In this document: in pieces, positions 1-8,912 of the stretch | Layout: each line of letters starts with the position of its first letter | How positions within the stretch are numbered: position 1 is the first letter of the stretch | Assembly (NCBI GenBank): GCA_963705705.1 | Contig: CAVPKK010000007.1 | Span: 128,001-192,000 of the forward strand | Length of the DNA stretch: 64,000 nucleotides | Reading direction: 5' to 3' | Source: an uncultured bacterium | Lineage (GTDB): Bacteria; Babelota; Babeliae; Babelales; JABCYS01 | Notes under the pieces: model-generated | Told to the model about the DNA's origin: nothing | What the model saw: only the letters and a program-made list of their open reading frames with translations | The model's database searches: none | Program-made: the position numbers and the translations under genes

Positions 1-58
1 CGCACAATAAAAAACTCTCGCTGGGCAACAATATCACCTGGCATTACTGATAATTAGC

Positions 59-1132
59 TTAAAACTTACAAAGCGTTTTATTGCACACAATCTTATCAAT
101 TTCAGAACGACATGAAGGTACGCCGGTAAAGAATGCGGCACGGGGCAAAAGTGATGCATCATCACTAAAATTCCCCTCGAAATTACACTTACCAATATAA
201 TACGTGGTCACATTTGCCATGCAAAAACCAAACAAAAAGTTATTGAGACAATCTATACCAGCAATTACCATGCGATGTATGCGATTCTGTGTTAGTAAAC
301 CGGCCATCTGAATAAATGGCGAAGGTCCCATGCCGAACATTGGGCTTTCGCCGATGCACAAGCCGCCTACACCAAATGGCAGGTCTCCTTCAGAAGTTGG
401 CTTATAGTGTTTCGGTCGAAGATAGAAAGAGGCCAAGTTACCGCAGTTTTTAATGGTAATATCCAACATACAAATATCTGACGTATGGCCAAGTACGCGG
501 ATACCATATTGGCTAAAGCCATCGATTACTGCAGAATTGCCAATGATATTGATTCCTTTAAGACCAATTTCCTCAGGATCTGTGCTTTCAAAAAGCACAT
601 CGGGAATCAAAATGCCCGTGATGAATGGCGCCTGATTAGATGGTTTCCTTGCGCCCGAGTACCAAGGAATTTCTGATGCATCCGTAAAGCCAGCATGTGT
701 CAGCTTATGAGCATTTAAAAACAAGGTAACATTGGATGCCTTAATGGTAATAGCAGCTCTTATCTGCCCCGCTTGAGGTGGTTCAGGGTTGAAGACAATG
801 TCTTCTTTCAGATAATAGTCTCCAGGCGCATCGATCACCAATCCTTTGGAACCAATATCCTTTTGCCCAATGGCAATTGCATTTTTATCAATCGGCAAAG
901 ACCGTAATTCTTCAATTTTTTGCAGATTCACAGCAAGGAAATTATCATCGATATCAAATAACAACAGCTCAGGATCAGGGCGGCCAATTCTTGAATCGAT
1001 AACATACATCTCCCGCCGAGGGCGTGTTAACGGCGAATTCAATCCATCAGGATGCTCGGAAGCTTGACGACTTATTAATGATAGGTTCATCGGTAAAGAA
1101 ATAAACAAAATGAGTTTTATGTAATTTTTCAT
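59..1132 (-). CDS. Putative exported right-handed beta-helix (pectin lyase-like) protein
   Basis: Hydrophobic N-terminus MKNYIKLILFISLPMNLSL; segment GLVIDAPGDYYLKEDI...AAITIKASNVTLFLN followed by I.I.N/G repeats typical of parallel beta-helix proteins. Confidence 0.5.
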   Translation of the reverse strand: MKNYIKLILFISLPMNLSLISRQASEHPDGLNSPLTRPRREMYVIDSRIGRPDPELLLFDIDDNFLAVNLQKIEELRSLPIDKNAIAIGQKDIGSKGLVIDAPGDYYLKEDIVFNPEPPQAGQIRAAITIKASNVTLFLNAHKLTHAGFTDASEIPWYSGARKPSNQAPFITGILIPDVLFESTDPEEIGLKGINIIGNSAVIDGFSQYGIRVLGHTSDICMLDITIKNCGNLASFYLRPKHYKPTSEGDLPFGVGGLCIGESPMFGMGPSPFIQMAGLLTQNRIHRMVIAGIDCLNNFLFGFCMANVTTYYIGKCNFEGNFSDDASLLPRAAFFTGVPSCRSEIDKIVCNKTLCKF

Positions 1133-1141
1133 TTTTGGTAC

Positions 1142-1169
1142 AAAAAAACCGCCATCCGAAGACAGCGGT
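1142..1169 (-). terminator. Rho-independent terminator after rpsT
   Basis: Minus strand ACCGCTGTC-TTCG-GATGGCGGT (cUUCGg tetraloop, 9-bp stem with G:U pairs) running into a T tract. Confidence 0.8.
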
Positions 1170-1193
1170 CCTAAAATTTATAACTTAAATAAA

Positions 1194-1460
1194 TTATTTT
1201 GAAGCTACTGCTACGCGGTGAGCCAGGCGGCCGATGCGGCGGGTAGCATTGCGCGGGTGCAATAGTTTTTTATTCTTTGCGCGCGCAAGTTGTGCTTCAG
1301 CATCACGCATTAAGCTTTGTGCTGCGGTAAAATCTTTTTTATCCAACGCATCCATTACTTTACGGATGGAAGTCTTAACCGCAGATTTGCGCGCGGTGTT
1401 AATCGAGCGACGGGTAACATTTTTACGAGCTTGTTTTTTTGACGAGGCTAAATTTGCCAT
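1194..1460 (-). CDS. rpsT: 30S ribosomal protein S20
   Basis: MANLASSKKQARKNVTRRSINTARKSAVKTSIRK...LHPRNATRRIGRL, 88 aa, S20 signature. Confidence 0.97.
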   Translation of the reverse strand: MANLASSKKQARKNVTRRSINTARKSAVKTSIRKVMDALDKKDFTAAQSLMRDAEAQLARAKNKKLLHPRNATRRIGRLAHRVAVASK

Positions 1461-1465
1461 GTTGA

Positions 1466-1687
1466 TTATCCTGCTTGAGTCTTACCAGAAAGAACCTTTT
1501 GGACCTTGCCGGCTTTTACGCACTTAGTGCAAACAGCACCACGGTGCACTTTGTTTTCTTTGCCGGGAAGGGTATAGCGCATCGAATGGGTATTTGGATA
1601 AATCCAACGTTTTACCCTGTTGTTTGCATGGCTGACATAGTTGCCAACCGTTGGTCCTTTATCACAGATGTTACAAATGCGAGCCAT
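1466..1687 (-). CDS. rpmB: 50S ribosomal protein L28
   Basis: MARICNICDKGPTVGNYVSHANNRVKRWIYPN...VCTKCVK, zinc-binding L28 pattern. Confidence 0.97.
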   Translation of the reverse strand: MARICNICDKGPTVGNYVSHANNRVKRWIYPNTHSMRYTLPGKENKVHRGAVCTKCVKAGKVQKVLSGKTQAG

Positions 1688-1753
1688 GAGATTCCTTGTT
1701 ATTACTTAATAATGAGCTGACATCTTACTTAAATATCAGCTTTTTTCAATCAA

Positions 1754-4396
1754 TTACGATAGTTTGAACTGCTCACGAGGGGTAATACCGAGTAACTCGT
1801 ATATTTCCCCAGCGTAAAGGGTTTCTTTTTCCAAGAGTCTTTTGGCCAATACATCAAGCTTATCGCGGTTTGTATGCAATAGATCCTTAGCGCGATCATA
1901 GCACTGGTTAGTAATGCTACGGATCTCCTCATCAATCAGCTGGATAGTATGTTGTGAGAGGTAGCGGAAGTCTGAATATGATACCAGGCCAAGTTTTTCC
2001 GACATCCCATAGTTCACTACCATGTTACGAGCCACCGAAGTAGCTGCTTGGAAGTCACTTGCCGCACCCGTTTCAAGGCGCTTAAATACCAGCTCTTCCG
2101 CGGCACGACCGCCAAGGGCAGAAGCTATGCTAGCGAGCATATGCTCTTTATCCCTGGTATATGATTCCTTTTCCGGCAATGAGTGGGTAACACCCAGGGC
2201 TCGGCCACGCGGAATAATGGTAATTTTATACAGCGGATCTGAATGCTGAGGCAATAGAAGACGAACTAAGGCATGGCCCGCTTCATGGTATGCCGTCACT
2301 TCAAGCTCTTCTTTGGTGAGTATCTTAGATTTACTCTCTTTACCCAAGAGAATCCTATCGCGTGATTCTTCAAAATCAGACAACGTTGCCATATCTTTAT
2401 CAAGCTTGGATGCATTGATCACCGCTTCATTGATCAGGTTTGCAAGGTCAGCACCGGTAAATCCAGGAGTACCGCGCGCCATCGCATCGAAATCGATTGT
2501 CGGATCAATCTTCTTGTTTCGAGCATGCAACTCTAGAATCTGCTTACGAGAAATATAGTCCGGATACGGCACTTCAACTTGGCGATCGAAACGGCCAGGA
2601 CGAAGTAACGCCTTATCCAATACTTCTGGGCGGTTTGTTGCACCCATAATAATAATTGGTCCGGCGGTCATGGTATCAAAGCCATCAAGCTCGGTGAGTA
2701 ATTGGTTCAGGGTTTGAGAATGTTCTTGAGATCCACCACCCTCATACATACGTTTGCTTCCGATCGCATCAATTTCATCCATAAAGATGATGGCTGGCGC
2801 ATGACGCCGAGCGGTGACAAAGAGCTCACGAACGCGGGCTGCACCCACCCCAACGTATTTTTCTACAAATTCGGAACCACTGGCGTGGAAGAACGGCACG
2901 TTCGCTTCGCCAGCAACGGCTTTAGCTAATAAGGTTTTACCATTGCCCGGTTCACCGGTAAGCAATACACCTTTTGGCATCTGCGCGCCAAGCCGCTTAT
3001 ATTTCTCTGGGTTTTTCAAGAAATCAACGACGTCATGCAACTCTTCCTTAGCCTCGGTTGCACCGGCCACGGCATTAAAGTTCAATTTCATTTGCGCCGG
3101 CATGAGCATCTTTGGCGTATAAACGCTCTTTTCTGCAGATGTCTTGGTGCCATCGGTTGCATGTGATTGCAGGATATTTTTGTGCGCTTCTTCAAAATCT
3201 TCTTGCGTTACGGCCGAACGATTTGCTTTGGAGGCATTAATTGCCGCAATATTAACCAAATTGGCTAGATCACTACCACTAAAGCCAGCGGTAACTGCTG
3301 CCATTTTGCCTAGGTCAACTTCAGGATCAAGCATAATTGATGCAGCATGGATCCAAAGAATTTGTTCACGATCTTTAAGATCTGGAAACGGAACGGTTAC
3401 TCGTCGATCGAAACGACCAGGGCGGAGCAATGCTTTATCAAGCACATCCGGCATATTGGTAGCGGCAAGCACAATCAATGGTGGTGCCTCGCCGGTTTCA
3501 AAGCCATCCATTTCCGTCAAAAGTTGGTTTAGGGTTTGCTCACGTTCATCATGGCCACCGCCAAGACCACTGCCGCGCATGCGACCAATGGCATCAATTT
3601 CATCAATAAAGATTATGGCAGGAGCATATTTGCGTGCTTGAGCAAAGAGGTCGCGAACGCGAGATGCGCCAACGCCAACGAATACTTCTATAAAGTCGGA
3701 GCCTGTAATACTAAAGAAAGGAACCCCAGCTTCGCCGGCTACTGCCTTTGCCATGAGGGTTTTGCCGTTGCCCGGCTCCCCTACTAATAGTACGCCACGG
3801 GTAACCTTAGCTCCAAGGCGTCGGTATTTTTCAGGGTTTTTAAGATAATCGACCACATCCTTGAGCTGCTCTTTTGCCTCGCTTGCGCCGGCAATATCGC
3901 CAAATTTGGTCTTGATGGTGTGGGGCATAAAGATACGAGCTCGGCTTTTGCCCATGGAGAAAATAGTGCCGCCGCCACCGCCTGAATTGCGGGACTGGCG
4001 ATAGAGGAATATGCCTATGCTTATCATTGCCAATAGGGAGAATAGACCGCCTAATACCAGGCCGAGGCTCCATTGGGCGGCAGGAGAGCCAATATTTACT
4101 TCAACATTGTTGGTTTTGAAGAAATCCCAGTCGTGATAGCCTTCGGGCAATAGGGTCTCGAAATGTTCCCCGGTAGTGAGCTGGCCCCATACATCCTGGC
4201 CGGCTACCCTGATAGTCTTAATTTCGTGTTGCTCTACCTTTTTCAAGAAACTGGTATAGCTGAGCTGTTTGACCTGTGTTATTGATTCATTCAGCTTAAC
4301 AACAGCCAGTAGACCGACCATCATTAGGCCGATTATCAAGAGTAAGTTTCGTGGCGCGCCTTGGAAGAATGGTGGGCGTTTCGCTCGCTTTTTCAT
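1754..4396 (-). CDS. ftsH: ATP-dependent zinc metalloprotease FtsH with two tandem AAA+ modules (880 aa)
   Basis: Two TM segments, then two Walker A GEPGNGKT, Walker [17 protein letters not shown], pore loops FVGVG/YVGVG, two RPGRFDR fingers, then M41 HEAGH. Start moved to ATG at 4396 (GAGG SD upstream, removes overlap with yraN). Confidence 0.93.
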   Translation of the reverse strand: MKKRAKRPPFFQGAPRNLLLIIGLMMVGLLAVVKLNESITQVKQLSYTSFLKKVEQHEIKTIRVAGQDVWGQLTTGEHFETLLPEGYHDWDFFKTNNVEVNIGSPAAQWSLGLVLGGLFSLLAMISIGIFLYRQSRNSGGGGGTIFSMGKSRARIFMPHTIKTKFGDIAGASEAKEQLKDVVDYLKNPEKYRRLGAKVTRGVLLVGEPGNGKTLMAKAVAGEAGVPFFSITGSDFIEVFVGVGASRVRDLFAQARKYAPAIIFIDEIDAIGRMRGSGLGGGHDEREQTLNQLLTEMDGFETGEAPPLIVLAATNMPDVLDKALLRPGRFDRRVTVPFPDLKDREQILWIHAASIMLDPEVDLGKMAAVTAGFSGSDLANLVNIAAINASKANRSAVTQEDFEEAHKNILQSHATDGTKTSAEKSVYTPKMLMPAQMKLNFNAVAGATEAKEELHDVVDFLKNPEKYKRLGAQMPKGVLLTGEPGNGKTLLAKAVAGEANVPFFHASGSEFVEKYVGVGAARVRELFVTARRHAPAIIFMDEIDAIGSKRMYEGGGSQEHSQTLNQLLTELDGFDTMTAGPIIIMGATNRPEVLDKALLRPGRFDRQVEVPYPDYISRKQILELHARNKKIDPTIDFDAMARGTPGFTGADLANLINEAVINASKLDKDMATLSDFEESRDRILLGKESKSKILTKEELEVTAYHEAGHALVRLLLPQHSDPLYKITIIPRGRALGVTHSLPEKESYTRDKEHMLASIASALGGRAAEELVFKRLETGAASDFQAATSVARNMVVNYGMSEKLGLVSYSDFRYLSQHTIQLIDEEIRSITNQCYDRAKDLLHTNRDKLDVLAKRLLEKETLYAGEIYELLGITPREQFKLS

Positions 4397-4504
4397 CTTT
4401 TGTACCTCATTTATATATTCTTTAGGAAGGTAAAGTATAGTACAATCTGGCAATCTTATAAACTGGTTGGACAAGCTTTGGCCACGGCCTAACCCTGGAT
4501 ACCC

Positions 4505-4870
4505 ATGGATCCAAACCCACTCAATACCCGGCAAAAAGGCGCAATTGGCGAACAGATCGTAGCCGACTGGCTGCAAGCCAAAGGGTTCAAGATCTTGGAT
4601 ATGAACTTCAATTGTAGAACCGGCGAACTTGATATTGTAGCCATAAAAGATGACCTGGTGGCCATGGTTGAAGTAAAATCCCGGGAAGAAGTGACTGCCC
4701 TACTAGCCGACTTGGTTCCCTGGCGGAAACAACAACGCATCATAAGCGCCGCTCGGTTTTGGTTAGCCAAAAACCAAATCGGGGATCGATCAATTCGCTT
4801 TGATGTTGCGATTGTTGAAGGCGACCTCCTAAAACAGTATATTCCTAATGCTTTTGCGCCGGACTATTAA
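4505..4870 (+). CDS. yraN: YraN family (UPF0102) predicted endonuclease
   Basis: KGAIGEQIVADWL..KGFKIL..NF....GELDIVA....VEVKSR...RFDV signature. Confidence 0.9.
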   Translation: MDPNPLNTRQKGAIGEQIVADWLQAKGFKILDMNFNCRTGELDIVAIKDDLVAMVEVKSREEVTALLADLVPWRKQQRIISAARFWLAKNQIGDRSIRFDVAIVEGDLLKQYIPNAFAPDY

Positions 4871-4916
4871 ATCAAATCAAAATTGACGGACTTCTGCATC
4901 TGAAAATGACTTAGAA

Positions 4917-4953
4917 CGCGCTCATCCTGAGTTTATCGAAGGATCGTAGCGCG
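4917..4953 (+). repeat. Family-1 palindromic (REP-like) hairpin repeat
   Basis: cgcgctcatcctgagtttatcgaaggatcgtagcgcg; core identical to the repeats flanking the GIY-YIG gene at 31351 and 31818. Confidence 0.9.
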
Positions 4954-5035
4954 AATAAAATATCGAATTCGAGATGATCCAATTAATTTGCTAAAATCAA
5001 TTAAAACAATTAGTAGGACCAATTAGGACTAAACA

Positions 5036-5395
5036 ATGTCAGATCAAACAACAACAGTTGCTGAGTTAAAAGAAAAATTCAAAAAATTCGTCGATGAGCG
5101 CGATTGGAATCAATTCCATACGCCCAAAAATCTAAGTATGGGGCTTTCGTGCGAAGCGGCTGAGCTCATGGAACATTTTCTCTGGATTACGGATGAAGAA
5201 TCAAAAAATGTATTAGAGAAAAAGAGAGTTGAGATTGAGCATGAGTTGGCCGATGTTGTAATTTATGCCTTAGCATTTAGCAATCAAAGCAATATCGATT
5301 TATCGTCAGCGATTGATCGCAAACTCCAGCACAATGCAGAAAAATATCCGGTAGAAAAAAGCAAAGGCCGATCTACCAAATATACTGAGCTGTAA
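5036..5395 (+). CDS. MazG-like nucleotide pyrophosphohydrolase (dCTP pyrophosphatase-like)
   Basis: F..ERDWNQFHTPKNL...EAAELMEHF...ELADV...N.EKYP signature. Confidence 0.9.
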   Translation: MSDQTTTVAELKEKFKKFVDERDWNQFHTPKNLSMGLSCEAAELMEHFLWITDEESKNVLEKKRVEIEHELADVVIYALAFSNQSNIDLSSAIDRKLQHNAEKYPVEKSKGRSTKYTEL

Positions 5396-5397
5396 TA

Positions 5398-5955
5398 ATG
5401 CCGCGAGTACGCCTTTTTATTGCTATTGATGTGCCACCAGAAATCTGCCAACAGCTTGCACAGATTCAAGAGCAGATTAAACAGAGCAATATTATTGAAG
5501 GATCGTTCGCTCGCCCGGAGCAACTGCATGTGACGCTCAAATTTATTGGTGAAGCGGATGAAAATTTAGTCCCTGAAATCGTATCGCGATTGAACACAAT
5601 CACCCTGCCGTCGTTCACTACAGAGTTAAATAAACTTGGTTATTTTGTAACCCGCCACCGCGAGCCGATCCTTTGGGTTTCGCTCGAACCAAGTCAGATG
5701 CCAGTATTAGCTCAATACATCGAAAATGCACTGGCAGATATACTCCCCCGAACCACGCAAGCATTTGCAAATCATGTCACCTTAGTACGCGCAAAAAGAA
5801 TAATAGACCAAGATAAGTTCACTGATTTTGTGCGGGATTTTAAAATCGGACCGCAGATTCCATTCTGGGTCACCGAATTTGTGCTGAAATCTTCTATTAC
5901 GTATGCCGCAGGCGCTGAACATACCATAATTGAACGCTTTTCGCTGAACGTTTAA
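5398..5955 (+). CDS. thpR: RNA 2',3'-cyclic phosphodiesterase (2H family)
   Basis: RLFIAID N-terminus and two HxT motifs (LHVTLKFIG, NHVTLVR). Confidence 0.9.
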   Translation: MPRVRLFIAIDVPPEICQQLAQIQEQIKQSNIIEGSFARPEQLHVTLKFIGEADENLVPEIVSRLNTITLPSFTTELNKLGYFVTRHREPILWVSLEPSQMPVLAQYIENALADILPRTTQAFANHVTLVRAKRIIDQDKFTDFVRDFKIGPQIPFWVTEFVLKSSITYAAGAEHTIIERFSLNV

Positions 5956-6006
5956 TCATTTAAAACATAATCATCCAGAATCACATCACGCAGCTCCAAT
6001 AATATC

Positions 6007-6036
6007 TTGATATTGTTGATCTATACATACTAGAAT
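6007..6036 (+). promoter_or_regulatory. Candidate sigma70 promoter for the lectin-ankyrin gene
   Basis: TTGATA-18 nt-TAGAAT, 40 nt upstream of ATG 6077. Confidence 0.35.
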
Positions 6037-6076
6037 AAACAGTGGCACAAGCATCATAGTCAAACATTGGATTTGG

Positions 6077-8041
6077 ATGGATCAGTTAACAAAATTCTTA
6101 GCTTCACTTGCTGCGCTAGCAGGTGCCGGTAGCTATCAGCCTTTACCACCGGTAGGTAGCCAAGCTGGAGGTCAGCCAGTAGCTCCGCGCGTTTGCACAA
6201 CTGGATATGTCACAGATATATATGGCCGTTCTGGTGATGTTATTGATAATTTGGGCATGAAATGCAGTGATGGTACTGACTTAGGTACGATCGGGGGTGC
6301 TGGCGGAAACCCGTTTGCTATTCGAAATGCTGATGGCTTTTCAACTATTAACGTGCTGCCCGGCAACACTATGCTTAACCGAAATTCTTATGCATATACG
6401 TTACATCAAATAGCAGCCATTGCCGATGACGATACTACTATTAGGACTGGAAACAACCCAGCGCCGGGGCAAATTCTGACGTGCCCGTCAGGACAGAAGA
6501 TTGTGGGTTTTGCCGGTCGGAGCAGACAATATGTAGATTCACTTACAGTCCTCTGCGGCCATAGATTTGCCCGACGCCCTGCCTTCGATCAATCAGCACT
6601 ATTAAAAGCTTCATATGGGATCGGCTACCTCAAAAAAAATGTGTTAGGGATCATACGCCGTAGCATTGGAACTAGTTTCATAGTAAATGATCAATTATTC
6701 CAAGGTGATCCCGCACCTGGTCTCATAAAAGAACTATCAATTACCTATCTCGATGCTTCGGGCCAACAAAAAACTGCTACCTTTCAAGAAGGTCGTTTGA
6801 TTGCACTGAGTTCGCTGCATTCCCTAGATACTCAATCGGCGCCATTGGATGAGCGCGCGATCAAAAATAATGCTGAGAATCCAATGCCGGCATATAACTA
6901 CACAAAAGATGCTTATACAATCCAAGTCCGCCCAAATGAAATTAAATTTATAAGAAATAATGAACCTCCCATCCTAAAAGGCTCACCAGAGTTTGCTGAT
7001 CTAAAAAACAAAATGGGCACAGACACTATTCTGGATGCCGCAGAAAGAGGGTTGAATGAACCAATACTATTTTTACAAGCTGCCGGATTTCCTATTGATA
7101 TGAAAGGTGAGGATCATCAAACAGCACTCATGAAAGCAAGCGCCAAAGGTAATGCGAAAGCTGTAAAATTACTATTGAGCCTGGGCGCAGACCCACTCGC
7201 ACGAAATCAAAACGGCCAAACTGCCGTATCGTTAGTAAGCAATGAGGCAGTGAGAAAAATATTTGCTACATATGCCAAGCTTCAATCTGCCAAACATCAG
7301 CAGTCACTGCGAGGCGTAGCGCAAAAAATTATTTCTGGCGAGACGACGGTCACTGGCCAGGAACCAGCCGGGCAAACGATTAAAGAATTTAATGCCGCCA
7401 TTTCTCAACAGCCGATAGTATCGCAAGAAGTAGCAAAAAAAATGCTTTTCTCCGCAACCACAAACAATAGACCTGATCTGGTTGCAGCAGTGATTAATAG
7501 CAAAATACATCCGGATCTAGATGTTAAAGATAGCAATGATGATAATAATACGGCGTTAATGAAAGCAGCTATAAACGGCTACGTAGATATTGCTGATCCA
7601 CTCCTTAAGGCTGGTGCTAATGCGAATGAAAAAAATAAATTTGGCTATACCGCCCTGAGTTTTGCAGCTAAGGTTGGTCATGCAAGAATGGTGCAAAATC
7701 TTATTCAGGCTCATGCCGATCTTAATGCTGTGGCTCAAGATGGCACTACGCCACTCATGCTTGCCATCATAAGTGGCAATGGTTATCCGGAAATCGTGCG
7801 GCTACTGCTCAACGCGGGCGCACATCCAAATAGTAGAAATAGTATAACGAAGCGTACTGTGTTGATGGAAGCTGCGGCCCGCAACAACATGCCCGTCGTA
7901 CAGCAGCTTGTTGCAGCGGGGGCGGATGTAACTCTCGGCTCGTATGATTTGGCACCCGATAAGCACATCTTTCAAGGTACAGTTGCAGCTGGAGAGAAGG
8001 AAAGAAAAGAAAGAATGGCGATCTTATCACATATTGATTAG
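6077..8041 (+). CDS. Jacalin-like lectin + GDP..G..K.L module + ankyrin-repeat protein
   Basis: GRSGDVIDNL..GGAGGNPF..CPSGQKIVGFAGRSRQYVDSL (jacalin-like); YG...FQGDPAPGLIKELSITY; several ankyrin repeats (TALMKAA.NG, TPLMLAI, TALSFAA). Confidence 0.75.
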   Translation: MDQLTKFLASLAALAGAGSYQPLPPVGSQAGGQPVAPRVCTTGYVTDIYGRSGDVIDNLGMKCSDGTDLGTIGGAGGNPFAIRNADGFSTINVLPGNTMLNRNSYAYTLHQIAAIADDDTTIRTGNNPAPGQILTCPSGQKIVGFAGRSRQYVDSLTVLCGHRFARRPAFDQSALLKASYGIGYLKKNVLGIIRRSIGTSFIVNDQLFQGDPAPGLIKELSITYLDASGQQKTATFQEGRLIALSSLHSLDTQSAPLDERAIKNNAENPMPAYNYTKDAYTIQVRPNEIKFIRNNEPPILKGSPEFADLKNKMGTDTILDAAERGLNEPILFLQAAGFPIDMKGEDHQTALMKASAKGNAKAVKLLLSLGADPLARNQNGQTAVSLVSNEAVRKIFATYAKLQSAKHQQSLRGVAQKIISGETTVTGQEPAGQTIKEFNAAISQQPIVSQEVAKKMLFSATTNNRPDLVAAVINSKIHPDLDVKDSNDDNNTALMKAAINGYVDIADPLLKAGANANEKNKFGYTALSFAAKVGHARMVQNLIQAHADLNAVAQDGTTPLMLAIISGNGYPEIVRLLLNAGAHPNSRNSITKRTVLMEAAARNNMPVVQQLVAAGADVTLGSYDLAPDKHIFQGTVAAGEKERKERMAILSHID

Positions 8042-8049
8042 TTCGTTGT

Positions 8050-8781
8050 TCAGTCACGCGGCACGTCATAACCAACTTTAATTATATCACCACCTATTTT
8101 GAGGTTGCGCACAAGCATCCCGCCAATATCTCGAATATTATTTACATGCGTGCCGCCGCACGGGATGCCGAAATGACCATACATTACAATTCGTGCCGGT
8201 TTGCCGTCGGGAAGATTTTCAGGAACAGATCGGCAAATCTTCTTCATCTCTTCTTTGCTCATGAAATTCAATTTCACCTCTGCACCTTCTTGGATCAGTT
8301 TCTTCGCTTCTTCTTCAATTTTTTTTCTTAGCTCTTCTCTATCCCAACCTTCTAGGCTGCCAGTGTATTCAACATATGGCCCATCAGGAAAATGATATGC
8401 TTTGCCAGGTTTCCAATCCAACCCGAGCGCATCAACAGCCATATCAATCACATGGCCGGCGGCATGTAGTTTGCAGTTGAGTTCCCTGCGCGCTGCATCA
8501 ACCTCACATTGCACCACATCACCCTTTTTAAATTCACCATGATCAAATGAGCCAATGTGTTTTACTATGCCATCCGCAAAACGAACTTCGGCAACTATAA
8601 AACGACCCAGCGGCCCATAAATAACACCCTTATCATATGGCTGCCCACCGCCCTGGGGATAAAAAATTGTTTCGTTTAAAAGAACAACGGTGCGATTATT
8701 TTCCTGAAAAACATCTTCGACAATTGCAGGGCTTTGGAGGAGATTAAAATCTTCCATGTAGAGTAATTTTGTTGGTTGCAT
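8050..8781 (-). CDS. Alanyl-tRNA editing protein, AlaX family
   Basis: TIFYPQGGGQPYDKG, HAAGH and CGGTH zinc-binding motifs. Confidence 0.9.
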   Translation of the reverse strand: MQPTKLLYMEDFNLLQSPAIVEDVFQENNRTVVLLNETIFYPQGGGQPYDKGVIYGPLGRFIVAEVRFADGIVKHIGSFDHGEFKKGDVVQCEVDAARRELNCKLHAAGHVIDMAVDALGLDWKPGKAYHFPDGPYVEYTGSLEGWDREELRKKIEEEAKKLIQEGAEVKLNFMSKEEMKKICRSVPENLPDGKPARIVMYGHFGIPCGGTHVNNIRDIGGMLVRNLKIGGDIIKVGYDVPRD

Positions 8782-8868
8782 ATTGATTCCAGTTAGAGGT
8801 AAAAGTTTTATGATAAGAATCTATCATCAGCTGAAAAATAAGTATGCCTATGGAATTTACCAGCGCAC

Positions 8869-8901
8869 AAAAAAAGGGAGGGGATTTTAGCTCCCTCCCC
8901 C
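8869..8901 (-). terminator. Rho-independent terminator after the Vps62-like gene
   Basis: Minus strand GGGAGGG...CCCTCCC stem followed by T7. Confidence 0.65.
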
Positions 8902-8912
8902 GTATCACTGTG

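Noticed and set aside
4397..4576. 60-aa N-terminal extension of FtsH in the ORF track
   Set aside because: Overlaps the divergent yraN gene; ATG 4396 has an SD and gives a normal FtsH N-terminus
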